A stretch of DNA of 40,000 bases from Candidatus Peregrinibacteria bacterium. GTDB taxonomy: Bacteria > Patescibacteriota > Gracilibacteria > UM-FILTER-43-11. The notes beneath the pieces were generated by a model, which saw only the letters and a list, made by a program, of their open reading frames with translations, did not search any database and was not told the DNA's origin. Below, piece after piece: positions 16,329 to 25,084 of this stretch. Both the position numbers and the translations under genes were made by a program. The stretch spans positions 8,625-48,624 of the forward strand of contig JAFGCT010000007.1 of NCBI GenBank assembly GCA_016932505.1, written 5' to 3'. The first letter of the stretch is position 1. Every line of letters starts with the position of its first letter.

Positions 16329-17117
16329 ATGACTAAATTTAATGATATCAACATTAAAAAATGGAAAGAGTCAGATGTATGGACTGACAGCCTGTGGTTA
16401 ATTGATAAGAGGGTCAAAAGTGGTAAGCATAATAATAGTTATCACGGCAATTTTGTTCCACAAATTCCACATCAATTAATTTTAAGATATTCAAAAAAAG
16501 GTGACACAGTTTTTGATCCATTTTTAGGAAATGGTACAACAGCATACGAATGCGAAAATCTTGAAAGAAATTTAATAGGAATTGATATACAAAAAAAACT
16601 AATCACTCAGGTTCAAAATAATATTGATACAAATAAAAACTTTATTGAATTATTGAATGGTGATAGTACGGAGGAAAAAACATTCAATGAAGTTGAAAAT
16701 ATTTTAAAAAAATACAACAAAAAGAAAATACAATTTGCTATTTTGCATCCACCTTATGCCGATATAATTAAATTTAGCGACCTAAAATCTGATCTATCTA
16801 ATATAAAATCAACAAAAGAATTTTTAGACAAATTTTCAGTTGTATTAAAAAATACGATTGGAATTTTAGAAAAAGGAAGATACTTAGCAATTATTATAGG
16901 AGATAAATACGCTGATGGTAAATGGATACCATTAGGTTTTAATTGTTTAGATGAAGCTCAAAAGATAGGCCTAATACTAAAAAGTATTATAATTAAAAAT
17001 ATAGAAGGTAATCGCGCTAAACAAAACAAAGAACCAATCTGGAGATACAGGGCACTTGCTAGCGATTATTATATTTTTAAACACGAATATATATTAATTT
17101 TCAAAAATGATTACTAA
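16329..17117 (+). CDS. DNA amino-methyltransferase (N6-adenine or N4-cytosine type) of R-M module 1
   Basis: AdoMet motif VFDPFLGNGTT preceded by HGNFVPQIPHQLI, with the catalytic-type motif LHPPYADI placed downstream. Target base and specificity cannot be told from the sequence. Confidence 0.75.
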   Translation: MTKFNDINIKKWKESDVWTDSLWLIDKRVKSGKHNNSYHGNFVPQIPHQLILRYSKKGDTVFDPFLGNGTTAYECENLERNLIGIDIQKKLITQVQNNIDTNKNFIELLNGDSTEEKTFNEVENILKKYNKKKIQFAILHPPYADIIKFSDLKSDLSNIKSTKEFLDKFSVVLKNTIGILEKGRYLAIIIGDKYADGKWIPLGFNCLDEAQKIGLILKSIIIKNIEGNRAKQNKEPIWRYRALASDYYIFKHEYILIFKNDY

Positions 17118-17781
17118 TCCCTTCAAAGATACAACTGCATCCAACTACGATTTTAACATTATGAGTGACCTCAAATGGCATTGCACAAAATGTGAGTTGA
17201 AATCAGGCCAAGCAAAAACATGGCAAATATGGCGACATAACGGAATACAATTAGATACAGATGAAAAAGGCAATTTTTATAAAACTTTTTTATGCAAAAA
17301 ATGCAACAATAAGACAATTCATAGAAAATTAAAATCACTTACAATTCTAGAAGAAACAAAAACTAGATCTGGTCTATCAAGAAAATTAACTAAAAAAATA
17401 AAAAACATTTTAAAATGCGAAGAAGCATTATTCTTGAGGAAAATGGAAGAAAGGGAATTGGAAGTTGATCACAAATTTCCTCAAATAAGGTGGAATAAAA
17501 ACGAAGAAGAAAATAAAAATGATATGACCGAGAAAGAGATTGAACAAAAGTTTATCCTATTAACAAGAAGTAATAACCTCTTAAAATCAAGACATTGTGA
17601 AAAGTGCTTTAAGACTGGTAAGAGGGGTAATTTTCCTGGAATATATTATTGGTTTAAAGGAGGTAAGAATTGGGATAAAAAAATAGAAAAACATAATAAA
17701 AAAGGCTGTGAAGGCTGTTTTTGGAACGATCCTTACACTTGGAGAGAAAAGCTAAATAACTTAGTTAATAAAATAATTTAA
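17107..17781 (+). CDS. HNH-type endonuclease with Cys4 ribbons; candidate restriction enzyme of module 1
   Basis: ELEVDHKFPQIRW...LLTRSNNLLKSRHCEKC is HNH-like. CxxC pairs are CTKC...CKKC and CEKC...CEGC. It overlaps the methyltransferase stop by 11 nt. Confidence 0.65.
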   Translation: MITNPFKDTTASNYDFNIMSDLKWHCTKCELKSGQAKTWQIWRHNGIQLDTDEKGNFYKTFLCKKCNNKTIHRKLKSLTILEETKTRSGLSRKLTKKIKNILKCEEALFLRKMEERELEVDHKFPQIRWNKNEEENKNDMTEKEIEQKFILLTRSNNLLKSRHCEKCFKTGKRGNFPGIYYWFKGGKNWDKKIEKHNKKGCEGCFWNDPYTWREKLNNLVNKII

Positions 17782-17800
17782 CAATGTTAATAATTTACTT

Positions 17801-17810
17801 GTATATATAC
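17801..17810 (+). promoter_or_regulatory. Candidate C-box-like palindrome upstream of the controller gene
   Basis: gtatatatac is a perfect 10-bp palindrome 13 nt upstream of the ATG at 17823. It is AT-only, so it could arise by chance. Confidence 0.25.
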
Positions 17811-17822
17811 TTAAAATAGAAT

Positions 17823-18035
17823 ATGATAATTATAGATAAATACAAAGTTAAAGAAATAATGGCAAAAAGGAAAATAAACAATTATACTGAATTGGCTAAA
17901 ATGCTTGGCATTTCAAAAAATCAACTATCAAACATTTTATCAAATAGATTCAGACCGTTTAAAAGCAATGTTGAAGAAATCGCTGAATTTTTGAAAGTAA
18001 GCCCACTTGATATAATTAATGAAAAAAAGAAATAA
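17823..18035 (+). CDS. XRE-family helix-turn-helix protein, likely R-M controller (C) protein
   Basis: NNYTELAKMLGISKNQLSNILSN is an HTH motif. It is 70 aa and sits directly upstream of an endonuclease-methylase pair. Confidence 0.7.
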   Translation: MIIIDKYKVKEIMAKRKINNYTELAKMLGISKNQLSNILSNRFRPFKSNVEEIAEFLKVSPLDIINEKKK

Positions 18036-18038
18036 ATA

Positions 18039-19232
18039 ATGACCACACACGTATTTATAGTAGATTCAATAACATTTAAAATTCATTTGGAATACCTTTT
18101 TGCTGGTACTGGTGCTAAAAAAGGAAGCTCTCACAATAATGAAGGTTATTATGTAGATTTCAATAATAACCCAACAACAAATTATCATTATATAACTGAA
18201 AATATGTTATCAGGTATGATAGCGGATGGAAGCAGAATAAGATGTGGAGATAATATTTTATTTTATTTACAGCAAAATTACTCAAATAAAATTTTTGAAG
18301 GAAAATTTTATGGAATTTTTAAGGCTACACACGACTGGTCTTTTCTTGATAACTATGATAATAGTCAATTTCTTAATATTGAACTTGATAAATCATTAAC
18401 ATTTAGAACTCTTATTGAACCATACAGAGTTTATCCAGAAGGGGTAACAGAGTGGGAAGCTTTGGATGAAATTAGAAATATTCAATCTCCAAATCAAATG
18501 CTCTGGAGTTTGATTTATCGCAAACTCAAGGGGAATCGAGGTAATACAATGATTACTATGTATGAGTCAGAGAGATTATGCCAATTAATAAGGGATAAAA
18601 ACTTAAGACAAGAAATAAACACTAATAATCATAAGCTATCATTTGATCAAATTACGCAAAAAATCATAATTTTAAATGAAAATACCAATAATTATATTGG
18701 CAGAAAAGAGGAGATAAATTTACTTCCAAGATTAATCAGTAAATATAACGCAAATAAATCATTTGAGACGCATTTACAAGCATACATTGTCAAAAATATA
18801 GGTATAGGCATCAACCAAACTCTTGATAATTGCATTCTAATGGCTAATTCTGAAATTGAATGGCTCGGAAATGAGGTTTCCTGTGGTGTTGGTATGCAAA
18901 GAATCGACGTTATGCTTTCAGCCAATTTTAACGGACAGAGAACACTAATACCAATAGAATTAAAATCAGTTGAAGCTGATATAAACAATACAAAGCAAAT
19001 ACAAAGATATATCGATTGGATAGAACAGTACTATACTCCCAATAAGCAAAGCGATATTCAGCCCATCTTAATTTCTAAAAAGATTGATGATAAAAACACA
19101 GCAAAATATAAAAGCATTATATCTACTTTTAATGACTTTAATTTGCGTAATGCAACGAGATGTGAAAATCTTAAATATATTGAATACTATTTAGAAAATA
19201 ATAATTTAACCTTTAGTAAAATCACTTATTAA
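18039..19232 (+). CDS. Candidate type II restriction endonuclease of module 2
   Basis: Positioned between the C protein and a Dam-class methylase, with gaps of 3 and 2 nt. The C-terminal region contains a PD-(D/E)xK-like pattern (RIDVMLSA...IPIELKSVEA). The N-terminal domain of about 170 aa is unassigned. Confidence 0.55.
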   Translation: MTTHVFIVDSITFKIHLEYLFAGTGAKKGSSHNNEGYYVDFNNNPTTNYHYITENMLSGMIADGSRIRCGDNILFYLQQNYSNKIFEGKFYGIFKATHDWSFLDNYDNSQFLNIELDKSLTFRTLIEPYRVYPEGVTEWEALDEIRNIQSPNQMLWSLIYRKLKGNRGNTMITMYESERLCQLIRDKNLRQEINTNNHKLSFDQITQKIIILNENTNNYIGRKEEINLLPRLISKYNANKSFETHLQAYIVKNIGIGINQTLDNCILMANSEIEWLGNEVSCGVGMQRIDVMLSANFNGQRTLIPIELKSVEADINNTKQIQRYIDWIEQYYTPNKQSDIQPILISKKIDDKNTAKYKSIISTFNDFNLRNATRCENLKYIEYYLENNNLTFSKITY

Positions 19233-19234
19233 TT

Positions 19235-20302
19235 ATGAATTATATCGGTTCAAAGAAATCATTACTAAAATTTTTAGAAGAATCAATCTACAAAATTGTT
19301 GGAAAAAAAGATTTTGATTTTCTAGATTTATTTGCTGGTACAGGTATAGTTGGTCAACATTTTAAGGAGAGGGGGCATAAGATAATAGCAAATGACTTAC
19401 AATATTATAGCTATGTATTAAATAAAAATTATATAGAAAATCATAAAAGATTGGAATTCAAAGGGATAGAAAAGGAAATAAATAAAATTAAAAATATAAA
19501 TATTAATAATCGTGCAGAATTTGTGTGTGAATACCTAGATAACATTGATTATATTGAAGGTTTTATTTACAAAAATTACTGTCTAGGTGGCACTAAAAAT
19601 TCAAAATACGAAAGACAATATTTCTCCGATGATAATGGTAGAAAGACGGATGCGATTAGACAAAAAATTGAAGATTGGTACAAAAAAAATATTATTAATG
19701 ACAATGAATATTATTTTCTCCTAACAACACTTATTGAAAATATTGATAAAGTAGCAAACACTGCTTCAGTCTATGGTGCATTTTTAAAAAAATTAAAAAA
19801 ATCTGCCCACACAACATTTAATATGAAGCCAGCATATTTCCTACATAATGATAAAAAACATAACGTTTACAATGAAGATATTGAGGAACTAATTAATAAG
19901 GTCGAAGGGGATGTTTTATATTTAGATCCACCTTACAATCATCGCCAATATGCTCCAAATTATCATATATTGGAAACAATTGCCAAATATGACAACCCAA
20001 TAGTTAAGGGCAAAACTGGACTCAGAGATTACTCAAATCAGAAATCAAAATTCTCACAAAAAAAAGAGGTATTAAATTCATTTAATAATATAATCCAAAA
20101 CGCAAAAGTTAAATATATATTTCTTAGCTATAATAACGAGGGATTAATGACTGAGCAAGAAGTAAAAAATATTATGACGAAAAGAGGAGAATATGGAATT
20201 TTTAAAAAAGAATATAGTAGATTCAAAGCTGATTCTGATGACAACAGGGAGCATAAAGCAAATTCAGTAACTGAATATTTACACTATGTAATATGTAATT
20301 AG
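19235..20302 (+). CDS. D12-class (Dam-like) N6-adenine DNA methyltransferase of module 2
   Basis: MNYIGSKKSLL, DLFAGTG and LYLDPPYNHRQY motifs in the alpha-class order. Confidence 0.88.
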   Translation: MNYIGSKKSLLKFLEESIYKIVGKKDFDFLDLFAGTGIVGQHFKERGHKIIANDLQYYSYVLNKNYIENHKRLEFKGIEKEINKIKNININNRAEFVCEYLDNIDYIEGFIYKNYCLGGTKNSKYERQYFSDDNGRKTDAIRQKIEDWYKKNIINDNEYYFLLTTLIENIDKVANTASVYGAFLKKLKKSAHTTFNMKPAYFLHNDKKHNVYNEDIEELINKVEGDVLYLDPPYNHRQYAPNYHILETIAKYDNPIVKGKTGLRDYSNQKSKFSQKKEVLNSFNNIIQNAKVKYIFLSYNNEGLMTEQEVKNIMTKRGEYGIFKKEYSRFKADSDDNREHKANSVTEYLHYVICN

Positions 20303-20391
20303 AATAATGAAAATTGCATAAATACAACTATCACATTACTTCAAATTCTCGGCAACCAATTTCAAAACAAAGCAAAAATAATTAATAAATA

Positions 20392-21168
20392 GTGAATTAT
20401 ACCAAACAAATCATCGCCAAAAATGTTGCTAAGAGTATTGGAATCTTTTTAGTTTCAGGAATTATGTTTTATTTCGGAGTTAAGTATACTGCAAACGGCA
20501 TAAAAGCGGGAAAATGGACTAATGCATACATATTACAAATGATGTTAATGACTGCTGGGTTAATCTTAGGAATTTTATTAGTAAAAATGAATACTTGGTT
20601 TGAAAGATTTTCGGATAAAATTCTTGATTCAATAGAGTATGCGTTAATAGGGAATAGTGGAGAAAAACAAGTTAAAGCAGAGCTGGATAAATTTCTTGAT
20701 ATAAATGAATATAAAATTTATCGAAATATTGTATTACCAAAGAGGAAATTTGATATTGATATTATAGTACTGGGTCCAAAAGGATTAACGATATTTGAAG
20801 TAAAAAAATGGAAGGATAAAGTTATTTTTTATGAGAATGAAAAATACTTTGAGAAGATAAAACAAAAATCAGAATATAAAACAGAGATAACAAAGTGGTA
20901 TAAGAGAGATCCAAGAGAAAAGTTAGGTTGGTCATGCAATAATTTGAAGAAATATTTGGAGGAAATGGGTATTAATACAACAAATTTGCCAATTCACAAA
21001 AGCCTTGTATTCCCTAATGCCGTAGCTGAATGGAAAGGAAGCCCTGGTGTTTTTATTATTTCTGGACTAGAAGGACTAAAGAAATATTTTGTTGATGATA
21101 ATCGCAAAAAAATTTCAACTGATGATTATATAAAGTTAAAGGAGATATTTGATACATTAATAAAATAA
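20392..21168 (+). CDS. Membrane-anchored NERD (nuclease-related domain) protein
   Basis: Two N-terminal hydrophobic helices, then GNSGEKQVKAELDKFL...YKIYRNIVLP...DIDIIVLGPKGLTIFEVKKW, the NERD signature. GTG start as in the ORF track. Confidence 0.75.
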   Translation: MNYTKQIIAKNVAKSIGIFLVSGIMFYFGVKYTANGIKAGKWTNAYILQMMLMTAGLILGILLVKMNTWFERFSDKILDSIEYALIGNSGEKQVKAELDKFLDINEYKIYRNIVLPKRKFDIDIIVLGPKGLTIFEVKKWKDKVIFYENEKYFEKIKQKSEYKTEITKWYKRDPREKLGWSCNNLKKYLEEMGINTTNLPIHKSLVFPNAVAEWKGSPGVFIISGLEGLKKYFVDDNRKKISTDDYIKLKEIFDTLIK

Positions 21169-21192
21169 GCAATTTTAAAAACCTCTCCCATA

Positions 21193-21498
21193 GTGACCAA
21201 ATCCAACCACCTAAAAACCAAACCATATCAAATAGTCCTATTGATTATTCTACTATTAATAATAGTAGGTGGTGCGTTTTATATGAATTCTTGGTTAAAA
21301 GAGACAAACGCTCTAAGAGCAGAGGCAGAACTTAGAATTGAAAAAGCTAAAAAGTTTGACGTTCTCTCAGTTAATTTGGAAAGAGAATTTGGAAATTGCC
21401 AAAGTATTATCGCAAAAAACGAAATAAATCCAAAGTGGGAAATTAATGAACTTGAATATTGTAAAAAGTATGTAAGGTGGTACGAAATGTATAATTAA
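21193..21498 (+). CDS. Small single-pass membrane protein (hypothetical)
   Basis: GTG start, TM segment IVLLIILLLIIVGGAFY, 24 nt downstream of the NERD gene. Confidence 0.45.
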   Translation: MTKSNHLKTKPYQIVLLIILLLIIVGGAFYMNSWLKETNALRAEAELRIEKAKKFDVLSVNLEREFGNCQSIIAKNEINPKWEINELEYCKKYVRWYEMYN

Positions 21499-21508
21499 AC
21501 ACTTCCCC

Positions 21509-22102
21509 TTACTCAGCACTCTCTCTTAAATGTTTATGCTCTTCAAGAAATTTCTCATCACCTATTACTATCCCATCACCCAAAAGAACTTTTAAAAAAG
21601 TAACAGTTTGAGCGGCAATGTGCCCTTCTGTAATTTCACCACTTCGAGGATTTAAAACACCTCTGCCTTTTTTTGACGATAAACCCAAATGCCTTATTTC
21701 TTTTGGCAAACATTCCTTGGGTAAATAATAAACGTAACCTACACCTTGTTTAAGTTCTGGTTTTGGAACCAGAGACAATTCAGCAATTCTCTGCATAGCC
21801 TCCTCTCTAGTATTTGGAATTGTGCCATCTTCTATTGCATTAGCCCTTCCATTAGAATATTCATAAAAATGTAACCCCATTTGAGCAAGAGCAAATTCTT
21901 GTGTAATATCAGTAGTTAAATCAGGTTCCTCTGAAAGTTTAACTTCAGCAAAAACCGCAGAAACCCTTGCACGACATTCGGAACAAAAAAGCACAATCCT
22001 TTCTGACGCAAGTTCATAGCGACAATATTTATCATATATTAGCTTGGCTAATTCTAATGATTGATCCTTATCTAAATGCTTGTGTTCTGTTTTTTCAGAC
22101 AT
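21509..22102 (-). CDS. Hypothetical protein (197 aa)
   Basis: Clean ORF. The start was moved to MSEKTEHKH (ATG at 22100-22102). It contains CRYE...CSEC cysteines but no family that I recognise. Confidence 0.6.
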   Translation of the reverse strand: MSEKTEHKHLDKDQSLELAKLIYDKYCRYELASERIVLFCSECRARVSAVFAEVKLSEEPDLTTDITQEFALAQMGLHFYEYSNGRANAIEDGTIPNTREEAMQRIAELSLVPKPELKQGVGYVYYLPKECLPKEIRHLGLSSKKGRGVLNPRSGEITEGHIAAQTVTFLKVLLGDGIVIGDEKFLEEHKHLRESAE

Positions 22103-22177
22103 ATATTGTTTATTTAATTGTAGTTGAAACAAAATTGGGGCATATAATAACATATAAGCCTTTAAAGTCCAACCTTT

Positions 22178-22278
22178 AATATTGAGTTAATAATCGAATT
22201 GAAATCATTTGAACTAATCAGTTAAATCATAAGAAATCACAGTTCAGACAACTAATCATTAAATCACAGTTCAGACAA
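22178..22278. repeat. Half-copy of the palindromic element family plus a duplicated aatcacagttcagacaa terminus
   Basis: 22178-22253 is about 87 percent identical to 23399-23473 by hand alignment. The 17-mer occurs at 22235-22251 and again at 22262-22278. Confidence 0.85.
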
Positions 22279-22303
22279 TAATTTTTTATGATAAAATAAA
22301 CTC

Positions 22304-22807
22304 ATGAAAAAGAAAGTGGTCGTAAATGACCTTATGCAAAAAAATTATGTGTATTATCTAACAGAACCTGTTGGAAAGAATTTTCATCCTGAATTTAAAC
22401 CGGAACTTTCACCGAAACAAATGTTGGAACTGGGTGTTTTTGGTGGTAAATATATGACAGATTGTAAAAAAGAATTTCCGAAAGATTGGTACGCAAAAGC
22501 AAAGTTATGTCATGAGTTTCACGACCCAAAACTAAATTTTTTCGAAATAAATGCTTCTCAACCTCTTTCCGTTTGGCAAAAAAAAGACTGGATATATCAC
22601 GAGGATCCAAGAGGGTGGTTTCAATGGTATTGCAGGTATTATATGGGCAGAAGGTGTGATGATGATGAGAGACAAATTAAAAGGTGGAAGGCAATAGTCA
22701 GACATATTGCGCAAATTAAAAAGAACTGTTCACCAAGAGAACTGGTTTGCAGAAGAAAACAAAGGCAAGCTGTTTTACACTGGGCGTATGACAGCAGAAA
22801 GATTTGA
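22304..22807 (+). CDS. Conserved hypothetical protein (167 aa)
   Basis: Clean ORF with the distinctive motifs GVFGGKYMTDC and DPRGWFQWYCRYYMGRR. I believe this motif pattern recurs in uncharacterised proteins but cannot name a family. Confidence 0.7.
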   Translation: MKKKVVVNDLMQKNYVYYLTEPVGKNFHPEFKPELSPKQMLELGVFGGKYMTDCKKEFPKDWYAKAKLCHEFHDPKLNFFEINASQPLSVWQKKDWIYHEDPRGWFQWYCRYYMGRRCDDDERQIKRWKAIVRHIAQIKKNCSPRELVCRRKQRQAVLHWAYDSRKI

Positions 22808-22856
22808 CAACTTCTTCTTCTCCATTTAATATTACGCACCTTTAATCAATTAAAAT

Positions 22857-23339
22857 ATGAGTGATATAATTGGAAGAAAAGGCCCAAGAATTTATACAGA
22901 TTTAATGGTGCCAGGTGAAACCTATGCAGAATTTGATACAACACAAGAGCTTGAAGATCTTCATTCAAAAATACGTTTAGCTTTGCAAGATATTGAAGCT
23001 AAAGAAACAATATATGACGAAGATGCCACCGCCTACGGTGAAAAAGGGAAAAGATATCGAAGAAGAATGGAACCGGTTATGCTACATAGGTTTGTAGCTC
23101 AATTCGAAAAACCTGAAAAAAGAAGCCCAAAAGGCGAAAATCCTGTTGATAAAATTGGACTTCGAGTAATATTAAAAGGCTGTGGAGAAATTAGAGATAT
23201 GGTAGAAGCATTGATGCTTACAAAAGGTCATGAGCTTATTGATGTAAATGAAGAAGCACCAACAGGGGATAAAAAAATAACAATGTACGATTATTTTGCT
23301 AATAAATCAGGTGTTGTAAGAAGTGAATCAGAACTGTGA
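22857..23339 (+). CDS. Hypothetical protein (160 aa)
   Basis: Clean ORF. Its stop TGA (23337-23339) lies inside the left inverted repeat. Confidence 0.6.
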   Translation: MSDIIGRKGPRIYTDLMVPGETYAEFDTTQELEDLHSKIRLALQDIEAKETIYDEDATAYGEKGKRYRRRMEPVMLHRFVAQFEKPEKRSPKGENPVDKIGLRVILKGCGEIRDMVEALMLTKGHELIDVNEEAPTGDKKITMYDYFANKSGVVRSESEL

Positions 23340-23473
23340 TTTATGTGATTGAATTGATTCTGTCTATGATTATCAACAATCCATATATTCCAACTTGTAA
23401 TATTCAGTTAATAAAATGATTAAAATCATTTGAATTAATCAGTTAAATCAAAAAAATCACAGTTCAGACAACT
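23328..23473. repeat. Palindromic intergenic element, about 145 bp, same family as 10129-10305
   Basis: The left end tcagaactgtgatt... and the right end ...aatcacagttcagacaa (23455-23471) are inverted. The left 87 bp equals the reverse complement of 25133-25219 (84/87). Confidence 0.9.
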
Positions 23474-23490
23474 GATAATTAATCACACAA

Positions 23491-23534
23491 AAATCCCCCG
23501 ACGCACTGCTAGTCAAACTAACAAGCGCCGGGGT
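23491..23534 (-). terminator. Rho-independent terminator of the acidic protein gene
   Basis: The minus strand reads aaccccggcgcttgttagtttgactagcagtgcgtcgggggattttt. Confidence 0.7.
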
Positions 23535-23560
23535 TTTCTGTTCAATTTTAAAAATAGTTT

Positions 23561-24847
23561 TCAGGCAGGAGTGGGAGCTTCTGGAGCAGGAGCTTCTGGG
23601 GCGGGAGGAGCTACCGCGTCGTCATTGTAAGGCTCTTCGGGCACGTCGCCCTCATCATCTTCAGCCTCTGTCTCTTCGTCCGGCTCGTCATCGGTTAGTT
23701 CAAATTTAGCGGTCTTTGACCTCCTTTCCAATGCTTTTTTTTGTTGTTTGAGCTCGTTTGTAAGCTGCTTATTTTCCTCAAGAGTGTCTTTAAAAGCCTT
23801 GATGAGTACGGGCAATCCTTCAACCATTATTTGATTCGGCTGATTGACTTCCCGAAGTTCATCGAGGAACTGCTCGTTGGTCTTCCGGGTTTTAAGCTCA
23901 TCTCTGAGCTTTTCAATCTCGGCGCCAGCCCTAGTAAGCGATTCCGTCAACTCGGCATTGTCGTTGATGAGATTAGTCTTCTCTTTGTTGAACCTCTGTT
24001 TTTCGATAAACGAAAGATAGAAAAGAACTCCGTAACAAATGACAAAAAGAGTGGCTATTGCAGCAAACAACGATCTTCTTTCGCGAAGCCGACTTTGTAA
24101 GGAAGCTGCCGCAATACACGGCCGACCAATATAATAACAATTGCCGTCATCATTCAAGGCATTACCAGACTCTGGAGGAGCTTTTTCCTCCACGTTTACT
24201 GAGGCGAACAAACCCTTATCAAGTGGTGGTTTATCATGTCCCATATCTTCAAAAGTACCACCAGTTCCAACGTGTCCATGCCTGTAATCAGTGGTTTCCC
24301 TTCCAGCATCGTCGTCGACATCTTCGTCGTCTGAGCTTTCGTTTTCCACATCCTCATCCACAGGCTCCAAGGTAATTCTTTGACCACCCGCCCCCTCTAC
24401 TGTATCGTCCTCAACATGGTCTAAAATATTTGGACCCTGCGCTCTCTCCTCAGCAAAAAAGTAGCGTTCATCATTTGACATCTGCCCGTCATCGTCGCAA
24501 CCAGGAAGTAGTTTTTCAAAATCAGGAAGAGCATGAGTATTAACAAACAATCCATCAAAATCAGGGGCACCAGCTCCTGCTCCTTCAGCAGCAGCTCTCT
24601 CCGCGGCAACATCCACCTTCGCAGTATCATCTTCTCTTTCATCTCCACCATCGGTTTTACCGTCAGGTTCAGCATCAGGCTCATCATCAGGTTCGCCATC
24701 GGTTTTACCGTCAGGTTCAGCATCAGGCTCATCATCACCTAAATCCAAATTCCAATTCTCAAACGTTGCTCCTATTCCTTCTTCTCCATTTCCTCCATCA
24801 GTTGTTACACCGCCTTGTCCTTTTTTTCCATCGTTTTGTTCTGACAT
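23561..24847 (-). CDS. GC-rich acidic low-complexity protein with one TM helix, a coiled-coil region and a Pro/Ala/Glu tail (428 aa)
   Basis: Repeats DAEPDGKTDGEPDDEPDAEPDGKTDG, TM segment LFAAIATLFVICYGVLFYLSFI, heptad-like region NLINDNAELTESLTRAGAEIEKLRDELK, and tail APPAPEAPAPEAPTPA. Confidence 0.8.
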   Translation of the reverse strand: MSEQNDGKKGQGGVTTDGGNGEEGIGATFENWNLDLGDDEPDAEPDGKTDGEPDDEPDAEPDGKTDGGDEREDDTAKVDVAAERAAAEGAGAGAPDFDGLFVNTHALPDFEKLLPGCDDDGQMSNDERYFFAEERAQGPNILDHVEDDTVEGAGGQRITLEPVDEDVENESSDDEDVDDDAGRETTDYRHGHVGTGGTFEDMGHDKPPLDKGLFASVNVEEKAPPESGNALNDDGNCYYIGRPCIAAASLQSRLRERRSLFAAIATLFVICYGVLFYLSFIEKQRFNKEKTNLINDNAELTESLTRAGAEIEKLRDELKTRKTNEQFLDELREVNQPNQIMVEGLPVLIKAFKDTLEENKQLTNELKQQKKALERRSKTAKFELTDDEPDEETEAEDDEGDVPEEPYNDDAVAPPAPEAPAPEAPTPA

Positions 24848-25084
24848 TTACTTCTCCCTTTCAATACATGTGCTTAAACACATTTGGTTATTTTTTCACA
24901 CACTTACGTGTATTTGTTTACTACCTATATATACCTATTCAAAATTGAACAGGGTAAGTTTTAAATAGAACACTGTAAACAGATTCTATTCAAAATCAAT
25001 CCCTGTTCACCCGTACATGTAAAAGAGCATTAGGAGGGGAATTTTACAGCTTTTTGGGGTAAAAAGTCAAATTGTATGGTTATC

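Noticed and set aside
22857-23339. RelA/SpoT-like (alarmone synthetase) call for the 160-aa protein
   Set aside because: Only one short segment (DKIGLRVIL...) resembles the G-x-R-h-h strand of that fold. The other catalytic motifs are not visible and the protein is too short, so it stays hypothetical.
24058-24948. Alternative-frame and antisense ORFs within and beside the acidic protein gene (24058-24375, 24196-24387, 24421-24738, 24533-24742, 23741-24100, 24766-24948)
   Set aside because: They are generated by the GC-rich, repeat-containing sequence of the 428-aa gene. The long minus-strand frame with a TM helix, coiled-coil, RBS context and terminator is the coherent one.
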